Part shown: piece by piece, positions 1 to 14,195 of the stretch
Numbering within the stretch: position 1 is the first letter of the stretch
Layout of the letters: every line of letters starts with the position of its first letter
From: Trichoplax adhaerens
Taxonomy: Eukaryota; Animalia; Placozoa
Length of the DNA stretch: 64,000 nucleotides
Assembly: GCF_000150275.1 (NCBI RefSeq)
Contig: NW_002060951.1
Span: 1,250,297 to 1,314,296, forward strand
Direction of reading: 5' to 3'
Position numbers and translations under genes: made by a program
The notes under the pieces: generated by a model
Databases searched by the model: none
The model's input: only the letters and a program-made list of their open reading frames with translations
What the model was told of the DNA's origin: nothing

Positions 1-620
1 CTGTACAGTACATTTTGAGTGGTACAGTACAAATGTACAGTACACTGAGTACAGTACAGTACTGTAAGCTAGCCCGAATTTTTGACACCCGATCTGGTAC
101 TGTACCAGTACCAGATCGGGTTTCGAAATGAGATTTACAGTACTGGACTGAACTGTACACTGTAGAACCATCACAACTTCAATACTGTACAGTGTACAGT
201 ACTTGACAGTACAGTATGCAGTGGTTGTGGTGATTGATGTACTGTACAGTACAGTACATTGTACAGTACTGTACTGTACTGTACGCTAGCCCGAATTTTG
301 GACACCCGACCTGGTAACTGTACCAGTTACCAGATCGGGTTTAGAAATGAGATTTACAGTACTGGACTGTACTGTACACTGTAGAACCTTCAGGACCTCA
401 ATACTGGACAGTGTACAGTACAGTACACTGTGGTTCTGGTGATGGATGGATGTACGGTACAGTATTGTACTGTAGACCGGACCGGCGTTCATTACAGTCA
501 TGCCATGGAAATTCCAGTACAATGTACTGTACAGGACTACCATTGTACTGTACTGTACAGTACTGTACTGTACTGTCAAAAGGCCGTCCACAGTACAATA
601 CACTGTAGCTCACGGAACAG
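1..620. repeat. ACAGT/TACTG pentamer low-complexity array containing a duplicated ~217-bp unit
   Basis: Dense tacag/ctgta repeats. The unit starting gctagcccgaatttt occurs at 68 and 285; each copy has a long hairpin (87-121 and 304-340). Confidence 0.9.
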
Positions 621-1179
621 CGTGTACGGATTTGTATCCCTTCAACACTGACTTTGCAAAGTCAAAATCCTCTCGGCTCCATGCACATCTTGGTGTATGT
701 GTATTGTACAACTGCAAAATTGCATTTTGGATTCTTCAACTGTATGAATTCTTGCCTGTGTTGCTTGTAATTGGTATCGCCATTGCGTATTTACCTTTGA
801 CGTAATACAAATTGGGAAATTTCATCCATCTATCCAGGTTTGAAATGGTTGTCAAATAGCAAATCATAGTCGACTTGCTTTGCAAACTTGTTGTTCTTCT
901 TGCTGTTATACTCTAGTCGGTTGCTTTTACAATTGCAACTGCATGCGACAGTACAGTACAGTAGTGTGTATCGGCATAACTCTTTGTCGTACTGTACTGA
1001 CGAGGACACCGCGACTAGTTTCATTTTCTACCCTTGCAAATAAGTCTCCATTCAATTCGATCATTTCATATTGGTTATTTCCTTCTTTCTTTTCATACTT
1101 GAAAGGATATTCAATTGACTCAAGGATTCCTCTATCCAATCATACAAAGAAGTAAAGGAAAAAAAAAAAAGCGACAAAA

Positions 1180-4100
1180 ATGGCGGAAGGTCCGCGCCAA
1201 TTTCACATTGGGCCTGATGGTTTACCTTCCATTCAAAGGGTACAAACAACGTTCTCCAATTTTTATTCATCATCATCAGATACTCAACTAACTTAATATA
1301 CAGATTGAAATCAATTTACAAATCAAGGTCTACTGGCTTTTTACCATCAATCGATCCTAATAGTACAGTACAGTCATTTTATCATCAAGCACCACTAGAC
1401 TACCGTACTCTACTAGAAGTGCAGTAGTAATAATAAGAAGAACGATCGCCTTGACAGTTTTGGTCAAAAACATCATTGCAATCAAACGCTTTTACATTAC
1501 TTCAATATTATCTTTAGGCCATACTCGCTGACTAACTATACTATCAATCAAAAAGCAAGTCCATTCCCTTTCAGTTATTTTACTTACAATCAACCATGCT
1601 ATCATATCCTAAAGTTTACCTGTATAGAGATACACTAACAAGGAACAAGGTTGAAACTTTGCTTTTGTTCTTACCCTTGGTCATAGCTTAATAACAAATT
1701 CAACATGGTAAAACTCTATGTTAAAATATCTTTCAGTAATATTGAAGCCATAATGTCTCTCTCTATACCATATTTTACAGTCTTTCTCACTACAAAGACG
1801 TAGTAAACACGTTTTAGTAAAGCCATCGTCTTTTACTGCCCCACTTGATACCAGAGATCATGGATGCAATTTTCTTCTAAAAACTGTAGTTGATAAGTTA
1901 ATCAATCCTTTTTTCCTATCGACGTACTAAACTTGATTGTTGACCGACAGTAATACGTATATTACGGAATAAGTTTCTTACTAGGATGACAACTTACAGT
2001 AGATTCTCTACCTGGGTAATCTATTTTACCGTTGATATTGTAGGCAATTACTTCAATGCAAGAGAAAGGAATGGAAAATGATCCCAGATATTCACAACTA
2101 GTTGCTCTATCTCGTTCAATACAAAATAATGGACCCCGATCCTTTCCTGTTCCTAACGATGCCTGTATTTATCAAAGTGGTCAAGAACCCAACCGCTTAG
2201 GTCAAATAAAGAAGACTACAGTGGACAACAATAACAATAAAGGTATCCCAATATTAATAAAAAAATTCCGTGTCATTGCTTACTATGCAAGAATGAAAGA
2301 ATCATGTTATGCATTATTTCATAATTTAAATTTGCAATTCGATATTTAGTAATCATATGACGGTGGCAATTTTGATTTTAATTTATTACAAACGATAGAA
2401 AGGTAACGTAAAATAACTGCAGATTGTCTTTGTTGTAAACTACAGGTAGTAACTTTAGCGCAACGCAGTTACAACAATTACGAGCTCAAATCTTGGCTTA
2501 TAAGACGCTAGCGCGCAACCAGTCATTGAATGATAACGTCTTAGACCTAGCAAAAGGTGAAATGTCCAGTCACCATTTACAGCAAGTAAGCTTATTTTAT
2601 ATTACTATTTAGATTACTATTACAAAAGGCTGTTCAGCCATGACAACTACCACTATTTTATCAATTTCTACCTCCATTTAATCTCACGCAGAGGTGTTTT
2701 CATAATATCAACAGTACTGTACATTTCATACATTAAAAAAAAATGGATAACTGTGATAATCATAATTGGAATAGTAATATCTTTTCATAATATCCAATAA
2801 CATGCAAATTGAACAGTAATAAACTGTTATCAATAATACATATACTACATATTTTTCCATCGGGTGCAATAAATCATCAGCAACAAAATGGAAATTCATC
2901 ATCGATTAAAGCAATGCCGTTGACAACACTACAAGACATGCAAAACAATGTTCCAACTACGTCAGTGAATTCACCTGCACAAACAGTTTCTAATCCTTCA
3001 CTCAAGAAATCACAAATAAATGCTTCCGCTACGTACTTAGCATTGACAGCCAATCAAGATAAGGGCAATAAACTAGCTCCACTTTCGAAACCATCGGGAA
3101 TCGATCCAAAAGTTATTTATGAAGAAAGGAATCATAGGTATAACGGTAGTTATAGGTTACTTGATTACATATTGAAATAAACTACTATGTAATGCATTCT
3201 AACTTGTAAAATCTCTACAAGTTCTTTTTATATATATATCTTGATATTTTTTAATTTACTATCCTATGCTTTTAGATGTAATGCTCGAATAATGCAACGA
3301 ATTGTCGAATTACAAAATTTACCTGATGGACTTAGTAAAGAAATGACAATGCGCGCCAAAATTGAATCATTAGCTCTAAAGCTATTAAATTTTCAGCGCA
3401 AGGTATTAATAATAGTAATTATTGTGATCGCTTTACAACATGTAGAGATCAGTTGTATCAGTATAACGGCTAATTATATTATTGATAGCAATCTTTTCTG
3501 TTTTACTTTTGTTGTATATATATATATAATAAGCCACGTTTTCAAATCTTATATTTTGACAATAGCTACGAACGGAAGTTGTAGCTTGCACTAGAAAAGA
3601 TGCAACCTTAGAGACAACTATAAATCCGCGACTTTATAAACGTACTAAGAGACATTCTTTAAGAGAAGCTAGGTAAAATGGATTACACTATTAATATTGT
3701 TGATAACAAACGTTTCAATAAAATAATTTTTATCTCCTCTTATTATGATATTAAAGAACTACGGAAGAGTTAGAGAAACGACAACTCATGGAACAGGAAC
3801 GAAAGAAACGACAGAAGCATCAAGTAAAAAACCACTTATTGAATAATTATTGTCAATTAACTATGAATGCGGATATAGAGTGGCATTTTAGATTTGTAAC
3901 TGTAATATGTTATTTTTATAACAAAGGAATTCTTAAACAAAGTCCTTCAGCATGGTAGAGATTTCAAAGAATACCATCGAGCAACTGCTATTAAAGTGAG
4001 CAAATTAAGTAAAGCTGTAGCTTTGCACTATGCTAACAGCGAACGAGAACAAAAGAAAGAAAGTGAGCGCTTAGAAAAGGAGCGAATGAGAAGACTAATG

Positions 4101-7100
4101 GTAATTTAATTGATTATAACTTTTATACGGTAACATTTACTAATTCAACTTGAATTATGTTGGCAATATCTTAAGTTTATAATATTTGGCATTTAAATTA
4201 TTTACCAGGACGAAGATGAAGAGGGATATCGGAAACTAATCGATCAAAAGAAAGATTCGCGTCTGGCTTATTTATTATCTCAAACTGATGAATATATCGC
4301 GAAAATGACTAAACTTGTGGTACAGCATCAAAAGCAACAAAATCAAATAATAAGACCCGAAAAACCGAGACGCAAAGTTGAAGTAAGATTGTACTATACC
4401 TTGACTGTTGCATTATTGATTAAAATATGCGGCGTTATAGCACTAATATAAATATTAATATGTTTTTTGTAATCATACTTGCTGGTGGATGAGAAGGAAG
4501 TAGATAAAGGTAATCAATCATTAAGTATGCTTTACAGAGTATAAGTGTACCTAAAATTATATGCTTAATTAAATCGTTTACTGGTTTTTAAATTTCTACA
4601 AATCGTATCAGATGGAGAATCTGCATTATCGAATGAGGTTAGAAAAAGTAGCGCTAACGTACTCTTGTAATATGCTGAAAGTATACATTATATATAGATA
4701 CCTGTTTTACTGATGTGTTCATTTTTAGAATGAAGAAGCTGACCGTATTAAAGGTAATGGTACGAAAACTTCGGAAATAAGCACATCGGGAGTAAATTCT
4801 CCATCAGAAAACTACTCTGAGTATGTCTATTTTTGTTGACGGTACTTTTTTTGTCTTGAATGCTAAAATATATTTTTTTATGGGCAAATGCTTAACGTGT
4901 ATGTAATCCTGGTCATCGGCTGATAGAAATCTTGCGGATAAGGTTTGTTAGACGTCAATATCTACTATAGTTACTGTTTATTGTTATTATTAATTAATTA
5001 ATTAGGTTTAAACAGGTCTTTTTTAGTTATGCCTATAAGTCAGTGAGTTGATAAAGAATAATATATTATTATATCAAATTAGGATGGCGAAAATAATACT
5101 CCTAAGAAAGATAAAGGAAGCAATGCGGGTGCCAAAAGGTACGTTTACGGACGGATACTATGTAAGTTTATTACGGTTGATACTAAATAAGCAACTTTGA
5201 TCATCTAGTATCTTGAAAGAAGATGATGAATACAATGTGTCAGGCAATGCAAAGAACTACTATAGTATAGCTCATATGCATCAAGAAGAAGTACGTGAGC
5301 AACCCAAAATGTTAATCAATGGAACTTTAAAATATTATCAGGTAACTCGGCTTAAGAGTTGTATCGGTTAAAAAATGATATTATGATGGTATTGACTGCG
5401 TCATTGCAACAATTCTTTATTTTTAGCTCCAAGGTTTAGAGTGGCTCGTTTCCCTTCTTAATAATAGTTTAAACGGTATTTTAGCGGATGAAATGGGTCT
5501 TGGTAAAACGATACAAACGATTGCCTTGTTAGCTTATCTTATAGAGAAAAAGAATATGACTGGCCCATTCTTGATTATTGTTCCTTTATCGTGAGTTATT
5601 ATGACCTTAAGTGTTACTATTTCTGATGTATATCTGATCACTTCGTACACGAAAGTAAGGGTCCTGTTTTAACTGTAAGGTCATGTTATTATTGCAGCAC
5701 TTTATCTAATTGGGTATTTGAATTTAACAAATGGGCGCCAGCCATCGTTAAAATAGCATATAAGGTAATACTAGCCATACAGTCTTCAATGTCTTAATCA
5801 AACATGTTGCTAACTGAATACGTACAGAATAAGCATACCTATACAATTTTCATATATTGTAGGGTTCACCTTTGATACGTAAAGCTATGCATCCTAAAAT
5901 AAGATCTGGAAGGTTTAATGTTTGCTTGACAACGTACGAATATGTGATTAAGGACAGAAGTGTGCTATCGAAAGTAAGATATAATTATATATTATCATAT
6001 TAATCTAACTACTAAATATACAGTCTGTATTTTTAACCCTGTAGTTAACTAGATTCCAATATTTACTTCGAATACTTGGCTTGTTAACGATGATATGATT
6101 TTTAGGTAAAATGGAAATATTTGGTAGTGGATGAAGGCCATCGCATGAAGAACCATAATTGCAAGTTAACTCAAGTTCTAAACAGTGCCTACTTAGCGCC
6201 TCATCGTCTTCTATTGACCGGCACGCCTCTGCAGGTATTCTATTATTTTCAGCTGCTCAGTTATTTGCTACGCCTTTTTAAAACTGCTGTTAATGATCCG
6301 TTTTATTACTACGTTAGTTGATTGTACAAAACGTTTAATAACATATATCGTATTATATATCTCATAACTGATAGAACCATTTACCGGAATTATGGTCATT
6401 GATGAATTTCGTTTTACCAAGCATATTTAAATCATGTAACAGTTTTGAACAATGGTTTAACGCTCCTTTTGCGACTACTGGAGAAAAGGTATTACATGAA
6501 GTAGTTTCATAATCTCAATATTGTATTATACATTAGTTACCGATATTTTACTACTTCTTATATAATTTCCTAGGTGGAGCTTAACGAAGAAGAGACTATC
6601 TTAATTATACAACGTCTACACAAAGTGAGTTTGCTTATATACGAACTTTAAGTTTAATTGCAATTGTAACGCTATTACGATTTCTGTCATACAATTTAAG
6701 AAATTTGAATCTGTTTACAGTATTGATAAAATTGCATGTATCTGTTCTTCTAGGTTTTACGCCCGTTTTTACTGCGTCGATTGAAGAGGGAAGTCGAGTC
6801 TCAGCTGCCGGAAAAGGTTTTAATAAATAGTTAGCTTCACTTGTATATCTTAAAAAGACTTGACTGTTCTTAAAATCCATCTGCTTTCGTAGACTGAGTA
6901 TGTTGCCAAGTGCGAAATGTCAGCCCTTCAACGATTACTTTACGATCATATGCAAAAACAAGGAGTTCTTCTGACGGACGGATCTGAGAAAGATAGAAAG
7001 GTATAAATCCTAATTGGTCTTTAAAGATAGCGATTATTTTAAGATTGTAATGGCACTATCTAATGATATGTAGGGTCATGGTGGTACGAAGGCCTTAATG

Positions 7101-10100
7101 AATACGATTATGCAACTTAGAAAAATATGCAATCATCCGTTTCTTTTCCAACATATCGAGGTTTGCCATTTTCATATGTTTTTGGTAGTACCACACCGTA
7201 GCATCGATATGATTTAAATGAAATTTTTTGTTATAATTTTATTATATGATCGTTTCTCACCCCAAGTCTTACAGTCACTATGTTTATATCGTATTAGGAA
7301 GCACTAAGTGAGCATTTTGGAATGAAAGGAGGACTAGTTACAGGGTAAGTTTTTTGTACCATTTGACTTCGTATGATATCTAGCTGTGTGGTATTGGCAA
7401 TGTCTATACTTTTAATTCTTCTAGTTATTATTTGCTATGGTAAAACTAATTAGTTTGAAATACACATCTGTAAACCTGCATTTGCATGAACGTTACAAAT
7501 TACAACGTATACTCATTTTATTTAGGTGTAACATTTATCGTGCTTCTGGTAAGTTTGAACTCCTCGACAGAATGTTGCCAAAGCTACAAAGAACAAATCA
7601 TCGGTATTAATAATAATTATTACTATATGAATTGTAAGTGAAAATCTGAAATTGAGGAGTATTGCATCCTTGATTAAATTATGCATTATTAAAAAATTTT
7701 TATAGTGTCTTAATATTTTGTCAAATGACGAATTTAATGACTATTATGGAGGACTATTTGGTTTGGAGAGGTATATGATGAATATATACTGTATCTTCGG
7801 TATTCTAAATGCTTATTTATATATATCGGCTTGAAAATACGTGTTTTATCTAGGCTTTCGTTATTTGCGTTTGGATGGTACAACCAAAGCAGAAGACCGT
7901 GGTCAATTGCTAGCACTTTTCAACGCAGAAAATTCTCCATACTTTATCTTTCTCTTGAGTACTAGGGCTGGAGGATTAGGACTAAATTTACAAAGTGCTG
8001 ATACTGTCGTCATATTTGATAGTGATTGGAATCCTCATCAAGTATTGTATATGAATTAATCTGATTATTTTAACTGATATGGGATAAGAATAATGGAAAA
8101 TTTTCAAATGTGCTATAGGATCTTCAAGCGCAAGATCGTGCTCATCGAATTGGTCAGCAAAACGAAGTTCGTGTTTTACGATTAATGACTGTACAAAGCG
8201 TCGAGGAAAAAATACTTGCTGCTGCTAGATATAAGTTGAACGTTGACGAAAAGGTACTCATAATGGTGATATATAGTGTAAGGTAGTGATACGAGTAGAG
8301 TTGTGTATGTCGCGATAAGCTGTATGGATTATCTTTAGGTAATTCAAGCTGGAATGTTCGATCAAAAATCAACTGGTAGAGAGCGTCGCGCATTCTTACA
8401 AGCTATTCTAGTTCATGAAACGTCGGAAGAAGAGGTTAAAATTATTACTTTGTCATGTAATTTACAAAAATAGCAACCATATTATTGATGCTTATAAAAG
8501 AGTAATCTTGATTGAAGAAAGATTATCAACTTCTATGATAGGAAGGGACGGAAGTTCCCGATGACGATATGATAAATCAAATTATCTCACGCTCAGAAGA
8601 GGAATTCGACTTATTTCAGGTAAGATTAGTTTGGTTTTTGGCATTGCGTGGATATTTAGTGACGCCTTGAATTTCTATCGTCATTCCAATATAGCGCATG
8701 GATGTGGAAAGGAGAGAATTTGAAGATAAGGTTTGTCCTTTAACAGTTATGGTTGTATTATGAATGCATCAATTTCGATCTAAGAATTTTACTACTAGTT
8801 ATCAATAAGCTAACTGCAAACGTATATTAGGACCCTTTTCTGAAGAATCTTGGACGTTTAATGATCCAGAGTGAACTCCCTGCTTGGCTGGTAAAAAATG
8901 AACAGGATGTCCAGAAACTAACTATTGAAGAAGAGGAAGAAAAACTTCTAGGACGAGGGTCACGTCAAAGGCGAGAAGTCGATTATACTGATGGATTGAC
9001 GGAAAAGCAATGGCTCAAGGTAAATTACGGTTTTTTTATGTGTAATTTCGATTTATGTAATGTACCATACAATATAATAATGAGCAATATTCATACAATT
9101 AAGGCGATTGAAGATGGTAACTTAGAGGAGCTTGAGCTGAAGAAGAAAAAAAGAAAATCGGAAATAAAAGAAACGGAGTGTAGTGAATCACCTCCACCAC
9201 CACCACCGCCACCACCACCAGCAGTTGTTGTATGTAATTTTTGATGGACTAATGATCCGTAATGCTTCTCTTGATTAATTTATGTCTATGTTCTACTACA
9301 GAATAAGAAGAAGAGGGGTAGATCATTAAGAGGTGAGCTTAGGTCCAGATTGAGGATGATACTGTCGATTAACATTTATTTTCCGCACTCAAATCTCAAC
9401 TTACATATACGATTTATTAATCCAAATATAATAGAAGATTATGATCCGAACCCTAAGGAATTAGTCGAAGATATGAAAAAATTAATTCGAACCGTTGTAA
9501 ATTATACCGATAGGTAACTGTGCTGAAATGATAAAACTGTTTCTAAAATTTTAATTTTTACCAAAAAAAACATTTTTAACTTTATTCTAAATAGCACTGG
9601 TCGTCGCTTGAGCGAGATATTTATGGTTTTACCGTCTAAACGAGATCTCCCTGATTATTATCAAATCATCAAGAATCCAATCGATATCAAAAAGATTAAG
9701 GTTTGTTGACGACAGTTGTAAATGGTGCCTTCTCTTGATAAAATAATAACGGATTTGTTAACGCCAAATTTTATTTATCTTAATTAACTGTACGTATTGT
9801 CTCCCAATTTCTGCTAAATTATTCAGGAGAGAATAAACATGCATCGTTACAGACATATTGATAACCTGGAGGAAGATGTTTTACTATTATTTCAGAATTC
9901 TAGAATTTATAACATGGAAGGTTCTCAGGTGATTTTTTATTGCCATTATTAACATTTCGAGTGAATAATTCAGTGGTGATGTCCGTTTTCATAACGATAT
10001 CATTGCGCAAAGTAAAACGATGCTACATAATTGAATTTCATTCTCTTACTTTGCAGATATATGAAGATTCTTTGGTGCTTGAAGTAGGTTTTACTCGAAA

Positions 10101-10569
10101 GCTTATTTATTGCATTAACACAAGATTTAAAAATATTTAAAGCATGACTTAAAAATGATCTTGTTTAAAAATATAGAATGTCTTCTTAGAAGCTCGTGAA
10201 GCTCTAACTGGAAGTGCTAGTGCTAGTGAAGATAGCTTTGAAAGTCAAGTAAGTAAAATAATTAATTTCTTATACAAAAGACTTCAGAACCACAAGATAG
10301 GATTTATAAGACATTTTATGCCCATGCAACTTAGAATTACAAGCAGAATGATACGGAAGAAAATAATAAAGAAGGTAAAAGCGATATTACAGCCTTGATT
10401 AAATTACCAGCAATTTTGACTAATACGTATATGACTTCTATTGTAAGGTCATATTCGGCTGAAACTCAAGATTAAAGATATTCCTGACGTTAAAGTATCG
10501 TCATCTTCCGCCAGAAAAAGACGCAATCGAGGACGCCCACGTCTGTATGATGAAGAGGATAATGACTAG
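1180..10569 (+). CDS. SMARCA2/4: SWI/SNF (BAF) chromatin-remodelling ATPase, Brahma/BRG1 family; multi-exon (>30 exons)
   Basis: Exon 1 (1180-1239, [20 protein letters not shown]) splices in phase 0 to 2044 ([19 protein letters not shown]). QLQ domain ([18 protein letters not shown], ~2460-2520); HSA (EKERMRRLM|[30 protein letters not shown]); SNF2 ATPase motifs [34 protein letters not shown]; helicase-C ([39 protein letters not shown]); SnAC region ([12 protein letters not shown]); bromodomain ([32 protein letters not shown]). Stop TAG at 10567-10569. GT-AG introns throughout. Confidence 0.96.
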
Positions 10570-12106
10570 ATTGCGTAGACCGAGATATTCGATTTTTAGA
10601 GAGACTAAATTATTTATAACTTGTAGTACCTGATTATTACTTAAGTAGATATATTTTCTTTACCCCATTCAGCCGTTCTTTCGTCATCTCACAAAATTTC
10701 TTGTGCTAGCTTCTGTACAACAAAAGTAACACATCTAAAGCAGACCCTGATTCATTTAGCTGATGGTTGCTTTTATCGTACGAGTGCTATGTACTATATT
10801 AGTGCTGTATGTATCACTGTACATCTCGCTGTTATTTCTGTAGTGGTTCGTATAATGTTATAAAATGTAATGAAGAACATACCAATACTGTAGTACTTAT
10901 GAACTGTATTTTACAGTGTTTGACGGTGATTTTCACCGTGATAAATGTCAAAGTGTATCTGTCATATCTGCCGATATAGTATTGTGTTAATGTTCTGGTT
11001 TAACGTAAAGAAATCAGTAATTTAATTCGTAGTTATGATAGGTGTATAACTACTATATATATACTGTATTTATATTATACAAACATTTCATAATAAACTT
11101 TAACAATTTTGATGTTATGTTTGCTAAACGTAAAACTTTTTCTATCAAAATAAAAAAAGTTCAAGTTTACATTATTCCGTAGCTGCTATGATACATCTAC
11201 GTAATAACTTTGGTGCAATTCTTTACATTGACGTGAGTAGACTTGACTACTCACAGTATACAATACAGTATTAGTATTTAGTACAAATGAAGCTTCGTTA
11301 CTTTAAGTATAGCGCGTATCTCACTCCGTTTGCTGCACAGTACTGTATTTTAGGCTACACTTGAGAGTTACTGCGAGTAGTGGCTATGGATAAATGCCAC
11401 ACATACGTATAACATTAAAGTTATAGTTAGATGATTCAATTGGGAATGTTTGAATAGTTCAAGAGTATTTATGGAATAATAATAATATAATGCAAAGTAT
11501 ACAACTTCGTACTAAAAGTGAGTTTAAAGGGATCGAGTTATGTGCTAGCCTGATGAAGAAATTCTGAATTGTTTTATATCGTAAACTTATTTTTGTTAAC
11601 TATTTTACATTCACTTTATCAGTTAATTGTCTGTTGATGCTCATTTACTGTGCTTTTGGGTTGTATTCACTGAAGTAATCTAGTATAATAGCACCACTTG
11701 GATTCTCTGATATCCCAACATACTACACCCTCTAATCGGATAATCCTTTAATGCAGCAAAGAGCGCCGTATCAAGTGCTGTACCTTTGATTTAGAGTATT
11801 CATAAATCTCTTCAAGTTTTTGTTATCTGCAGTACTATCAGAGTAGGATTTTGGAAACATTTTGACGCGGCTAATACAGTGCGCATACTGTATAAATAAT
11901 TTTATGGGAAGGCAAGGTGATTTAGTTTGAGTGAGACCAGTCTGTATCATTCAAAGCACAGTAAGTCAATGTGCAATTTACAGTTAGGCCCAATCACTTC
12001 TACATAGGTTTACTGTGTTGTGCATTTGGTTGAAAGAGCGGTTTTCAGTGAAGCCTAGGAAAAATTTGTTGAAAGTACCATATGACTTCCAGAACATAGT
12101 ATAGTA

Positions 12107-12405
12107 CAGGAATTTACCGAATAGTCAAGCAGATCAATTCGTATATTCCCTTTGTATTTTTCAATTAATTAGAAGAAGACGTTGAAGACAAGGCTTTCTG
12201 CCTTGCAGGAATTTACAGAATATTCAAGCAGATCAATTTGTATATTCCCTTTGTATTTTTCAATTAATTAGAAGAAGACGTTGAAGACAAGGCTTTCTGC
12301 CTTGCAGAAATTTACAGAATATTCAAGCAGATCAATTTGTATATTCCCTTTGTATTTTTCAATTAATTAGAAGAAGACGCTGAAGACAAGGCTTTCTGCC
12401 TTGCA
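12107..12405. repeat. Tandem repeat, 3 x 99 bp, near-identical
   Basis: Copies start at 12107, 12206 and 12305 (cagga/aatttac..tcaagcagatcaatt..gaagacaaggctttctgccttg). Confidence 0.95.
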
Positions 12406-13213
12406 TGTATTCGTATTAACTGTACACATCTACAGTACTTGTATTACAGTGTACAGTACAGTATGTACAGTACTGTACTGTGCATAGTGTTGAATAGTAC
12501 CGTAGGGAATACTGTAAGTCCAAGTTCAGCAACGAAGGCGAATTCAAGCACAGTACAGTATAAGGATGCTGTTGGCAACAGGAGTAACTGTACTGTAGTA
12601 CAGCGTGTCTTGCAAACTTTTGAATGGTTTCATTTAAAGCACACTTGACTCAATATTATTTAATGAATTCATTGATCAAGATAAAAATAAAAGTTGGTAT
12701 AGTATAGTGCAGGTAGTAGCAGACTAACAGTTGCATACGAGTTATCATCCACGAGTATCGCTCGTCACTTGCAGGCTAGTCTATAGACTCTATACTACTG
12801 TATATAAAGAGGAGTCACGAGTCACGACTAGTCACCCACTCACGATCATAGCATGAAGTACCGCACTGCGCATTTAGCTAGCATCCAGCTTATTTGTACA
12901 GTACATTATAGTAGTGTTTGTATGCGTGCGTGATTCGATAAAGTGCTTTATTTACGAACAAGTGCCGCGTATGTGTTACGGCATAGCTCGGTTTCCTTTT
13001 TAAGATTTCAAGTACGTACAGTGTACGACGTACATATCAAATTTGGTTTACTGTGGTGATGAACTGTTTCCAGCAGATCTCCCAAGATTTTTCTTTCTTT
13101 CTTGACTGCTTTGCCTGATCTGATTTACTGCATATCGATACTGCCATACTGTACTGTATGATGACAACATCACAGTGGAACAAAAGCCACCTACTGTACA
13201 ATGTACTGTACTC

Positions 13214-13690
13214 TACTGTCTCCATCACAGTAGTCTTGTCTAGAGTCGTAAAAACTGTATCAGTCTCTGACTGTACAGTACGGTAGAGTGTACTGTACAT
13301 TATTATGGAGTCACCTTAGTACAGTATGTACTGTCTCCATCACAGTCGTCTTTTCGTCGTAAAAATTGTACCAGTCTCTGATTATACGGTACAGTTCAAC
13401 CTGACGTACAGTGTACATTATTATGGAGTCAGCTTAGTAATGTACTGTCTCCATCACAGGAGTCTTTTCGTCGTGAAAACTGTACCAGTCTCTGATTATA
13501 CGGTAGAGTGTACACATTATGATGAAGTCACCTTTTTAGGAATACAGTATACTCTCTCCATCACAGTAGTCTTTTCGTCGTAAAAACTCTACCAATCTCT
13601 GATTATACGTCAGGTTTGCAGTACGTACAGTATACTGTACTGTACTGTACTGTACATTATTATACTGTACTGTAGAGTCACCTTACAGTA
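13214..13690. repeat. Diverged minisatellite, about 4 x 107-115 bp, embedded in ACAGT repeats
   Basis: tactgtctccatcacag..gtcgtaaaaactgtaccagtctctgattatacgg..gagtcacctt recurs at 13214, 13329, 13443 and 13550. Confidence 0.85.
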
Positions 13691-14195
13691 CATTGTACAG
13701 TATCGTTGTACTGTACTGTCTAACCCTGAGTGGAGGCTTTTCGCTGTCAGGGGCAAAAAAAATTTTTTTACCCTTGTAATCCTCAAGTTTGACCAACGTG
13801 TTGTGCACTTCCAGTATGCCGCTGTACTGTACAGTGTACAGTACAATACCACGCTACTTTACAGTACTACATTGTACTGTAGACGGTCAAATACTGGACT
13901 GTGGTGTTGTGGATGAGTCTTGAAACGCATACAAGAATGAGACTTGAAAGCCGTTTGATTCTCTTTTATTAACGAAGATCCAACTTCTACAAAGTACAAA
14001 CGTACAAACTGCCGCACTGCGTTGACTAGTACCGTTGTACCGCTGGTGAGCCATTGGTGGAGCGATAGAGCAGCGCCAAAAGCAGGCGTACGAGTACTAG
14101 CTTAGCACGATTTGGCACCGATTTGCCATATCTTAAAATCCTCATCGATTGATGATAGAGGCTTATAGGTGTATTGCGAATTGAATGCATTGACA

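Noticed and set aside
286-805. Overlapping ORFs rich in Y/C/T/V/S/Q
   Set aside because: Translations of the ACAGT pentamer repeat; the same applies to the ORFs at 12439, 13037-13852 and 61514.
1175-1203. YY1-like AAAATGGCG and E2F-like CGCGCCAA motifs as promoter sites
   Set aside because: They coincide with the SMARCA start codon and first coding exon (MAEGPRQ), which explains them.
2243-2252. GTATCCC donor as a U12-type intron
   Set aside because: Does not match GTATCCTT, and no clear U12 branch point precedes the acceptor.
12107-12405. 99-bp repeat as a coding repeat or CRISPR array
   Set aside because: The most plausible frame has a stop in each unit; there are no unique spacers or cas genes, and the context is eukaryotic.
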